This document shows positions 9,940 to 17,221 of a stretch of DNA of 27,113 nucleotides, piece after piece. Source of the stretch: Sumerlaeia bacterium. GTDB taxonomy: Bacteria > Sumerlaeota > Sumerlaeia > SLMS01 > JAHLLQ01. The position numbers were made by a program, and so were the translations under genes. Each line of letters starts with the position of its first letter. Position 1 is the stretch's first letter. A model generated the notes under the pieces. It was not told the DNA's origin. It was given only the letters and a program-made list of their open reading frames with translations, and made no database searches. The DNA is taken from the NCBI GenBank assembly GCA_040219255.1, contig JAVJSW010000061.1:1-27113 (forward strand). Direction: 5' to 3'.

Positions 9940-10437
9940 ATGTCGCATCCCCTTTTGCAGCAAATCTCGAAGGCCGAACCGGGCCGTTACCTGACCGAGC
10001 AGGAAGTCTATCGCATCGCCAGCGAAGACGAGTTCATGAAGCCCCGCCTGCAAGCCGCAAAGGCCGCCCAGGAAAAGGAGCAGGTCATCGTGCAGGCCGC
10101 CATCAAGGCGACCTTCAAGAAGTTCGACTTCAGTGTGCACGACTACTACGAAGGCAAATGCTACCGCGATGTGGCCATGGTCTATCGCTACTGCGTTTTC
10201 TCCATGCTGTGCAACGACACGTCTCTTTTGGAGAACAAGCTTCTCTATTGGATGCGGACGATCATCCAGGCGTTCGAATTCCCGGGACGCAACGACTCGA
10301 TCAGGTTGACCTACGCGGGAATGCGCCGCGAGGCCTGGAACCACCTGAGCCAGGAGCACGCGCGGCTTCTCGATCCCTATCTGGAACTGGCCGAAAACGT
10401 GCTGCCCGCCACCGGCGAACGCCACAATCGCGAGTGA
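9940..10437 (+). CDS. Phycobiliprotein-like globin (bilin biosynthesis-associated globin, BBAG-type)
   Basis: GRYLTEQE N-terminal motif; KCYRDVAMVYRYCVFSMLCND..LLE..LYW aligns by eye with phycobiliprotein ACxRDxxxYLRYxxYAxxxGD; 165 aa, helical. Confidence 0.85.
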   Translation: MSHPLLQQISKAEPGRYLTEQEVYRIASEDEFMKPRLQAAKAAQEKEQVIVQAAIKATFKKFDFSVHDYYEGKCYRDVAMVYRYCVFSMLCNDTSLLENKLLYWMRTIIQAFEFPGRNDSIRLTYAGMRREAWNHLSQEHARLLDPYLELAENVLPATGERHNRE

Positions 10438-10480
10438 TCCCACCTTCCCCTCGCCTCTCTCCCCAAAGGTTCCCTTTTCC

Positions 10481-11173
10481 ATGACGAGCACCGACGGACA
10501 TAGCAATGGCAACGGCCGGGAATATCTTCCCCCCGTCGCGTTCTACGAGAACGACTACCTGCGCCACGACCTGCGGGGCGGCACGCTGTTCAATCGCAGC
10601 GGCACCAAGATGTGCTATATGCCCAGCGAACTGCTGATCGGTTTGCAGCGCACGCTGGAGGATGAAACGGGCCCGGCGTGGCGGTTGATCCTCAAGCGTG
10701 TGGGCCAGATCTGGGGCCGGCGGGTGGCGCGCCGCTTCCGCCAGGAAATGCAGGAATTCTACGGCCGGCCGCTCTTCGATCTTCCCATGCGGGAATTCAC
10801 CACGCTCCTCGAAGCCTATTTCCGCTACCATGGCTGGGGGCTGCTGACGCTCGATTTTACCCATGCGAACTCGGGGCTGATCGCCGCCAAGCTGGAGAAC
10901 AGCGCCTTTGTCGAGGTGATCGGGAACTCTGACGTGCCCATCGACTCGATCGTTTCGGGACTGCTGGCGGAACTCGTTTCCGAGGTGGCGGAACGCGACG
11001 ACATCGAGTGCTTCGAGACCGAGTGCTCGGCCATGGGCGCGCCCTGCTGCCGGTTCATCCTGGGAATCAAGGGCCGCATCGGCAAAGTCCCCGACTGGGT
11101 CGAGGAAGGCCTGAGCCATGAAGAGGTGCTCGAGCGCCTCAATTCTCCGGTGGAGGACTCGGCGACGGCATGA
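10481..11173 (+). CDS. V4R domain protein 2
   Basis: GTLFNRSGTKM, GQIWGRR, HGWGLLTLDF, LENSAF and CFETECSAMGAPCCRF motifs. Confidence 0.9.
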   Translation: MTSTDGHSNGNGREYLPPVAFYENDYLRHDLRGGTLFNRSGTKMCYMPSELLIGLQRTLEDETGPAWRLILKRVGQIWGRRVARRFRQEMQEFYGRPLFDLPMREFTTLLEAYFRYHGWGLLTLDFTHANSGLIAAKLENSAFVEVIGNSDVPIDSIVSGLLAELVSEVAERDDIECFETECSAMGAPCCRFILGIKGRIGKVPDWVEEGLSHEEVLERLNSPVEDSATA

Positions 11174-12102
11174 TGACCGCGGCGGATCCTTCGGTGGAGG
11201 CGTGGCTTCCGAGTCAGTACCACGACCCGGCACTGGTCGGTGGCGGTGGACAGGCGGACGTCTGGCGCGCACGCGCCCGTTCGGGTCCCTCGCCCGTGGC
11301 GATCAAGCGCTACAAGAAGAACACGCCCCGGGGCGTGTTCTACCGGGAACTGGCGATGCTGGCGGAGGTGCGAAGCCCCCATGTGGTGGAGGTCTACGAC
11401 CTGCTCGATTCGCCCGCTGGCGATTTGCTGCTGGTGATGGAGTACTGCGCCGGGGGCAACCTGCGCGACGCGCTCGAATCCGACGCCTCTCCCACCTACG
11501 GCGAAGCCTTGCGGTTGGCTTCGCAGGTGGCCCTCGGCCTTCACGACATCCACGGCAGGGGCTTGATCCACGGCGACATCAAACCCGAGAACCTCTTCCG
11601 CCTGAAGCGGACGGGGCCACCGGAATGGAAAATCGCCGATTTCGGCGTCAGCGAGTTCGCCCACGCCCGGGGCAACGGCTGCCGCTTCTACACACCGGCC
11701 TACGCGGCGCCCGAGCAGAAGGACCAGCGCATCTTCCAATCCTCTGACATCTACGCCTGGGCGGTGGTGCTGGCCGAGTGCCTGCTGGGGCGATTGCCCT
11801 GGGAGGAACCGGAACCGCTGATGGAAAACCAGCGCCCGCCGGCCTTCGACTCCCTGGAGGGTTTGCCTCCGGACTTACGCGATTTGCTCTTCCGGTGCCT
11901 GGAGGAAAGGCCCTCCCTACGCCCCGACGCTTTAGCTTGTCAGAAGACTTGCGCGCGCTGTTATTCTTTCTGGAAAGCCAGCGCCTACTGCCAGAACGAT
12001 CTCTCCCAAGTTTTTGGCGAATCATTGTTTGTGGATCGAGGTTCAGCAGATGTCATTGCCCTGGAAACGGAAGAAGGATGGAAACCCTCGGAAGAAAAGT
12101 GA
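11170..12102 (+). CDS. Hanks-type Ser/Thr protein kinase, soluble
   Basis: GGGGQADV loop, VAIK, LVMEYC, HGDIKPEN, DFG, TPAYAAPE and SDIYAW motifs; ATGA overlap with V4R2; no TM segment seen. Confidence 0.95.
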   Translation: MMTAADPSVEAWLPSQYHDPALVGGGGQADVWRARARSGPSPVAIKRYKKNTPRGVFYRELAMLAEVRSPHVVEVYDLLDSPAGDLLLVMEYCAGGNLRDALESDASPTYGEALRLASQVALGLHDIHGRGLIHGDIKPENLFRLKRTGPPEWKIADFGVSEFAHARGNGCRFYTPAYAAPEQKDQRIFQSSDIYAWAVVLAECLLGRLPWEEPEPLMENQRPPAFDSLEGLPPDLRDLLFRCLEERPSLRPDALACQKTCARCYSFWKASAYCQNDLSQVFGESLFVDRGSADVIALETEEGWKPSEEK

Positions 12103-12436
12103 GGAAGACTCGGAAACGCCAGGAACGAGCAGAGAGCTTTTTCGGGAGTTCGACGAAGCCATCGACGAGCAGGGCGGCTCGAGCCTGGTGCGGGAACTGG
12201 AAGAAGCCTTCGGCGAGAAGAAGCAGTTCGATACACAAGAGGTCATCGACGAGCTGCGCCGCAAAGTCGCCAGGAAAAGCCCCGGCTACTTCGACCAATC
12301 GACGGTGGAATGGAAGCCGCGTCCGCGCGACGGGGAACCGGCAAACAGCCCGGACGAGGAAGACAGCAATCCGCGCCGGCCGAAAACCGCCGCCGATTTT
12401 CTCGACGATTTCGCCTCGGACGACGGGGCCCGGTAA
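12050..12436 (+). CDS. Acidic, largely disordered hypothetical protein A
   Basis: GAGG RBS then ATG at 12050 (MSLPWKRKK...); E/D-rich with host-like codon usage; sits in operon position. Confidence 0.7.
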   Translation: MSLPWKRKKDGNPRKKSEEDSETPGTSRELFREFDEAIDEQGGSSLVRELEEAFGEKKQFDTQEVIDELRRKVARKSPGYFDQSTVEWKPRPRDGEPANSPDEEDSNPRRPKTAADFLDDFASDDGAR

Positions 12437-12487
12437 GCCCTCCGCCGATCGGCGAGGGCCAACATTGATTGAAACGGACGGATCGAT

Positions 12488-12958
12488 ATGGCGTTCTGGA
12501 AACGATTTCTCGGCGAAGCGAAACCCGCTTCCCAATCCCGGACGGAAGCCCAGGGCCGCACCGGCAACGCCGCCGATGTCTTCGGCGAGTTCCTCGACGG
12601 TGCCGAATCGAAAGAGCCCATCGCCGCCGAACCCGCGGCGCCGGGCAAGAAGCGCCGCGACACCCACGCCATACCCATTCGCGCCGGGGCGAAGCTGGAA
12701 GCCGATCCGCCTCCCGGCCCCGAACTGCGCCCCCACGCTTCGGTTCCAAAACCCCCGGCCAAACGGGAAGAGCGCAAACCCGCGCCTTTCCGCGTTCGCT
12801 CCGGGCCGCTGGTGCCGTCCGGCCGAATGGATGACGAAGTGACCACTCGGCAGGTCGTCATGCCCGATAGGTCTCAGGAAGAAACGGAGCAGGAACTCCC
12901 GCCGAAGCAGAACAAGAAAGCCGACGATGTCTTCGGCGATTTCGGATGGGATAATTGA
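12488..12958 (+). CDS. Pro/charged disordered hypothetical protein B
   Basis: MAFWKRFLG start; internal repeats AADVFGEF and ADDVFGDF; stop 3 nt before the next ATG. Confidence 0.75.
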   Translation: MAFWKRFLGEAKPASQSRTEAQGRTGNAADVFGEFLDGAESKEPIAAEPAAPGKKRRDTHAIPIRAGAKLEADPPPGPELRPHASVPKPPAKREERKPAPFRVRSGPLVPSGRMDDEVTTRQVVMPDRSQEETEQELPPKQNKKADDVFGDFGWDN

Positions 12959-12961
12959 TCG

Positions 12962-13720
12962 ATGAAAACGATCCTGATCGCCAGCGCCACCGGCGGCAGC
13001 GCCAAGACCACCACCGCCGTGCGGCTGGCGGAATCCCTGAAACGCGCCCGCGTCCCCGCCGGCGTCATGGATTTGTCACCCTATCCGACGGCCAATTATC
13101 TGGTTCGGGAAAAGGACGTCTTCGCCCTCAATGGGCGCGGAGCCGCCACCTCTGTCGCCGTCGATGCGATGCTGCGGCCTCTCGAAGACCGGTGTCGCGC
13201 CCTGGTCATCGATACGGGACGGCTCGACGATCCGATGCTCGATTTCTGGATCGAGTTCTGTGACGCCATGATCCTGACAACCCGGGTGGACGCCTTCGCG
13301 CTCAAGGCCTTCGAGGGCATCTGGGACAGCCTGGAGCAGCGCCGCAAAGACAACCCGGAGATGAAATTCCTGGGGTTCCTACCCGTCGTCGTGGGCCCCG
13401 AGGAGAAAAAAAACGTCCGCCAGTTGCAGCTTGCCGCGTCCCGATTCGTCCTTGAAACCGCCGTTCCCTTCGACCAGCAGGAAATCCTGAGGGCCCAGTC
13501 GACCTGCATCGAAGGGCTGGACCCTTTGCCGGCCGATTACGGCGAGGCCTCCCGCGAAGCTTACGACGCCTTGGCGGCCCATACGATCGGACAGCTCGGG
13601 ATCGAACAGTTGCCGCAAACCGAGCCGGAACGGAAAAAGGAAGTGGGACTCTTCACAAAGCTCTGGCGCGTCGCCTCCAAATCGGTGCGGCCCAAAGTCA
13701 GCACCCAGGGAGGATACTGA
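12962..13720 (+). CDS. ParA/MinD-family ATPase-like protein 1 (degenerate Walker A)
   Basis: MKTILIASATGGSAKTTTA, VMDLSP, LVIDTG and FLGFLPV motifs; C-terminal GLFTKLWRVA amphipathic segment. Confidence 0.8.
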   Translation: MKTILIASATGGSAKTTTAVRLAESLKRARVPAGVMDLSPYPTANYLVREKDVFALNGRGAATSVAVDAMLRPLEDRCRALVIDTGRLDDPMLDFWIEFCDAMILTTRVDAFALKAFEGIWDSLEQRRKDNPEMKFLGFLPVVVGPEEKKNVRQLQLAASRFVLETAVPFDQQEILRAQSTCIEGLDPLPADYGEASREAYDALAAHTIGQLGIEQLPQTEPERKKEVGLFTKLWRVASKSVRPKVSTQGGY

Positions 13721-13721
13721 A

Positions 13722-14483
13722 ATGGAAGCTGCCGATATTCCCGTCGTTCTCGTTCTCAGCCATCGCGGCGGCTCGGGCAAGACGGCCCTGGCGGCGGGAA
13801 TCGCCTCCGATTGGGCCGACCTGGGCGAGAAGCCGTTGCTGGTCGATTGCGCCGCCGCCGGGGGAGCGTCCGCTCTCTTTGGCCGCTATCTCCCCGCCGA
13901 TTTCGTTTTTCCGGTTTGGCGAGGCGAGGAGAAACCTTTCCCGATGGTTCAGGAAGGCGGGATGAGCATGCGCTTCCTGAAGGCCGGCCCGGCGCTGAAG
14001 GACCCGCAGGCCGCCGAGCGCCTGCGCGAGGGGGCGGCGAAGGCCCGCTGCACCTCCGTCGTGGTGGATTTGCCCGCCTGCGGCCGGTCCGAACTCGAAC
14101 CTTTGCTGCGCGTCGCCACGCTGGTGCTGCTGGTGATGCCGGTGGACGCGCTCGCGTTCCGCGGCAGCCGGCCGTTTCTGGAAATGATTCAGGAGGAACG
14201 CGCCCGCCCCGGCCGCGACTTCCAGAGCGTGGTGGTGGTCAATGGCACCGGCGTGAAGAATCCGGCGAAGGAGCACACTGAGGTGTTCCTGCGCCAGTAC
14301 CTCGGCCCGATCCTGGCCCCGGTGGAAATCCCGCACGATCCGTCTCTGAAGGCCGGAATGGCCAAGGGCATTCTGCCCGGATCGGAGGCCGAGCGGTCAC
14401 CGGCCAGCGACGCCATCTTGAGGCTGGCCAAGCACCTGCGGCAAATGCTGGCCCAGCACGGGACCGCCGGAGCGATGGCGTGA
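13722..14483 (+). CDS. ParA/MinD-family ATPase 2
   Basis: VLSHRGGSGKTALA, LLVDC, VVVDLPA, VVVNG, IPHD and SPASDAILRLA motifs; GGAGGA RBS. Confidence 0.88.
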   Translation: MEAADIPVVLVLSHRGGSGKTALAAGIASDWADLGEKPLLVDCAAAGGASALFGRYLPADFVFPVWRGEEKPFPMVQEGGMSMRFLKAGPALKDPQAAERLREGAAKARCTSVVVDLPACGRSELEPLLRVATLVLLVMPVDALAFRGSRPFLEMIQEERARPGRDFQSVVVVNGTGVKNPAKEHTEVFLRQYLGPILAPVEIPHDPSLKAGMAKGILPGSEAERSPASDAILRLAKHLRQMLAQHGTAGAMA

Positions 14484-15199
14484 CTTCCAAATCTATCCAA
14501 GACCTGACGGAACGCGGCGTTCTCAGCACGCTGTGGGAAGAAACCTGCGCGGCGCTGGAGGGACTCTTTCCCATGAGAGAAACGCCCATCCCGCGAGAAT
14601 TCGCCCTGCGCCTGCCCCTTAACCCAAAGAGCGACAGCGTTTTGACCTTCAACGACAGAGCGGTCGAGGGCGTCGGCGATTTGCGGGCCACGCTGATCGC
14701 CGGGTCACGGGCCGAGATCGTCAACGTCATGCTCTTTCCCGCCGACGTGCAACGCCATCCGGTGTTCGCGTCCGAAATCGTGGTCTTCGCCAAGGCCCTT
14801 CGGGTGGGGGTGATCGACCTGCAACCGCTGGTGCGGACCCAGGAGCAGGAGGGGCTGATCGAGGGAGACCTGGCCGCTCTGCGAAGCCGGTTTGGCGACC
14901 TGTCCGATGGCGGGGAACTGCCGGACTGGGCGCGCGAACACTTCACCCCCGCCTGCGTTCACGTGCGCGAGCCGGGCCTGGAGTCCCTGCCCCGCCTGCG
15001 CGAAGCCTATCTCGCCTATCTTCGGCTTTTCATCCAATACGTCCGGAACAATCCCGGAACGCCCGCCGCAACGGAAGATCCCGCCCTGCGCCACTACAAA
15101 GACCACCACATCGCCAACACGCCGGGATGGCCCTTCCTCTCGCGGCTTTATGGAGAAGACTGGACGCGGCGCTTCCTGCGCGAAGGCATGTACGCCTGA
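14480..15199 (+). CDS. Ferredoxin-dependent bilin reductase family protein (PcyA/PebA/PebB/RCCR superfamily)
   Basis: IVNVMLFP...PVFASEIV, VIDLQPL, LPDWAREHFTP, AYLAYL and PG..FLSRLYGEDWTRRFL motifs; GTGA overlap with ParA2. Confidence 0.85.
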   Translation: MTSKSIQDLTERGVLSTLWEETCAALEGLFPMRETPIPREFALRLPLNPKSDSVLTFNDRAVEGVGDLRATLIAGSRAEIVNVMLFPADVQRHPVFASEIVVFAKALRVGVIDLQPLVRTQEQEGLIEGDLAALRSRFGDLSDGGELPDWAREHFTPACVHVREPGLESLPRLREAYLAYLRLFIQYVRNNPGTPAATEDPALRHYKDHHIANTPGWPFLSRLYGEDWTRRFLREGMYA

Positions 15200-15203
15200 C
15201 GGC

Positions 15204-16052
15204 CTACAATCGCACGTCGAGCGCGTCGCGCAACCCATCGCCCAGCAGATTGATCCCCAGCACCGCCAGCGCAATCATCAGGCCCGGGAACAGGACGATG
15301 TGGGGCGCCTGCAGGTAGGCGTCCTTGCCGTCCGCCAGCATCCGCCCCCACTCCGGGTCCGGAGGCTGGGCGCCAAGGCCGAGGAAACTGAGCGCCGACG
15401 TGTAGAGAATCGCCGTGCCTAGGCTGAGCGTGCTGATCACCAGCAGCGGCGCCAGGCAGTTCGGCAGAACGTGGTTCTTCAGAATCCGCACATGCCCCGC
15501 CCCCAACGTCCGCGCCGAATGGACATAGTCGAGGCCGCCCTGCTGCAGCGAGGACGCCCGCACGATGCGCGCGAACTTCGGGACGAAGGCGATGCCCACG
15601 GCGATCATGGCGTTCGAGAGGCTCGGCCCCAGCGCCGCGATCACCGCCAACGCCAGCAGGTAATCCGGCAGCGCCAGCATCACGTCCGCCACGCGCATGA
15701 TGCTCGCATCCACCCAGCCGCCGAAATAGCCGCTGACCAGACCGAACCCGCCGCCGAACACGATGCCGATCGCCACCGTCAGGATGCCTGCCCCAAGAGT
15801 CAGGTGCGCTCCATAGAGAATACGCGAAAGAATATCGCGCCCCAACGCGTCGCGCCCCATCCAGGCCTGAGCGCTCGGAGTCTCGCGGATCGCCGACGCG
15901 TCCGTCACCTGCTCCTTGTAATCCTCGGGCGCCAACGCGGGCCCCGCCACCGCCAGGAACAGCATGAAGACCACGATCGCCAGACCGGCCAGCGCCGTGT
16001 GGGATCGCTTCATCCGCCGCCAGACGAAACTGACCAGGGTATCGGTTTGCAT
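15204..16052 (-). CDS. Peptide/nickel ABC transporter permease (DppC/OppC type)
   Basis: WMGRDALGRDILSRILYGA, EAA-like loop DYVHSARTLGAG, HVLPN and LSFLGLGAQPPDPEWG motifs; start set at the ATG at 16052 (MQTDTLVSFVWRR). Confidence 0.93.
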   Translation of the reverse strand: MQTDTLVSFVWRRMKRSHTALAGLAIVVFMLFLAVAGPALAPEDYKEQVTDASAIRETPSAQAWMGRDALGRDILSRILYGAHLTLGAGILTVAIGIVFGGGFGLVSGYFGGWVDASIMRVADVMLALPDYLLALAVIAALGPSLSNAMIAVGIAFVPKFARIVRASSLQQGGLDYVHSARTLGAGHVRILKNHVLPNCLAPLLVISTLSLGTAILYTSALSFLGLGAQPPDPEWGRMLADGKDAYLQAPHIVLFPGLMIALAVLGINLLGDGLRDALDVRL

Positions 16053-16293
16053 CTGTTCCGTCTCGGCCAAAAGCGCGGGTCCTCCGGAAGGTCGGGTGCT
16101 ATGACAGTGCCCTCTGTGCCCCACCGCTTGGGGGAGCGCAAGCCTCGACTGGCCCTGGAGCGTGCCGGAATGGTACCACGCGCATCCGAGTCTGTGACCC
16201 GCCAGGCGAAGCCCACGCCATTCGCTGGCATCTGACAGGAGACCTTGAGCAGCGGGGGCAAGAGCGACTTCCAGGGCGGAATCGCCGCTCGAC

Positions 16294-16315
16294 ATGGGCG
16301 GGATGCCCATCCTAC
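16294..16315 (-). repeat. Single GTAG-type REP-like palindrome
   Basis: Minus strand GTAG-G-ATGGGC-ATCCC-GCCCAT in the intergenic gap; only one copy seen in the window. Confidence 0.3.
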
Positions 16316-16345
16316 TCAGAAGGCGACCGCCCAAACAAACACCGC

Positions 16346-17221
16346 CTACAGCCGAATCCCCAGCGCCTTGGCCTCTTCCTTCAGCCCCAGAATCCCCGGC
16401 CGGGTCAGGGCGAAATCGTAGCGGCATGGGTCGGCCGGCGAGATGGCGGCGAAGGCGTCCGTGATCGCCAGCGCCGTCGAGAGCGTCGGCGCCCGCAGGT
16501 CCGCCAACCCCAGCGCCCGCGTGACCTGCATCACGTGCGTATCCACCGGCATGACGAGGCGCGCCGGATCCACCGGCCACAGGCCCAGATCGACGCCGTC
16601 GTCCGGCCGGCAGACCCATCGCAGGAACAGGTTCATCCGCTTGCAGGTGCTTTTTTTCTCCGGCGCCGTCAGCAGCAGCCGCGCCCCCGATGGCAGCGCC
16701 GACACCGAGCCGCCGGCCCGCTTCAGCCACCGCTCGCGCTCCGCCACGCCGTCGACGGGCGCGGCGGTGATGGCTTCGACAAAGCGCTGCATCGTGGGCA
16801 GAACGGTGGGATCCGCCGGGGCGTCCAGCGACTGCCAGAGCGCCCCGAGGCTCCCCTGGTCCCGCAAGACGCGGCCGATCCAACTCAGGTAAATCCAGAG
16901 GTCTTCCTCGCGCACCCAGCGATAGGTGAAGGCGGGGAATCGCCGTGTCCAGTGGCGCGGCTCGGTTTCGGCCAGAGCCGCCGCCGGCTGCGGGCCCAGT
17001 TCGCCGAGGATGGCTTCGAGGGCCGACGCGATGGACTTCACGTTGCCGAAGGCGAAGGACGCCGCCATCAGCGCCACCACCTCGCGGTCGGCGTGGGAAG
17101 GGTAGCGGTGGGCGAAAGCCAGCGGGTCCCGGGGCAGGAACTCGGGGCGGTGATAGGCGTGGTAAAGGTATTCGAGAAGCTCGCGCAACCGGTCGCGCGA
17201 GAGCCGGCGGCGCGGACTCAC
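16346..17221 (-). CDS. TIGR02757/DUF2400 family protein (HhH-GPD-like)
   Basis: DPLAFAHRY, DREVVAL..ASFAFGNV, STCKRMNLFLRWVCR, VDLGLW, PVDTHV and DPCRYDFAL motifs; GTG at 17221 overlaps the upstream stop (GTGA). Confidence 0.9.
   Translation of the reverse strand: MSPRRRLSRDRLRELLEYLYHAYHRPEFLPRDPLAFAHRYPSHADREVVALMAASFAFGNVKSIASALEAILGELGPQPAAALAETEPRHWTRRFPAFTYRWVREEDLWIYLSWIGRVLRDQGSLGALWQSLDAPADPTVLPTMQRFVEAITAAPVDGVAERERWLKRAGGSVSALPSGARLLLTAPEKKSTCKRMNLFLRWVCRPDDGVDLGLWPVDPARLVMPVDTHVMQVTRALGLADLRAPTLSTALAITDAFAAISPADPCRYDFALTRPGILGLKEEAKALGIRL

Noticed and set aside
11938-11961. C-x3-C-x2-C in the kinase tail as a radical SAM motif
   Set aside because: No TIM-barrel radical SAM domain follows; it lies at the end of a kinase fold. 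Kept only as a possible metal or redox site.
8239-15199. Reading the cluster as evidence of a phycobilisome or photosynthesis
   Set aside because: Only one globin; no alpha/beta pair, linkers, lyases, reaction-centre or chlorophyll genes in the window.
16053-16883. N-terminal extension of the permease ORF to 559 aa (similarly the extended starts given for 16346-17470, 19607-22111, 22047-23975, 9401-9919)
   Set aside because: The extensions overlap neighbouring genes and are low-complexity Arg/Gly/Ala-rich; family homology starts at the downstream starts used here.
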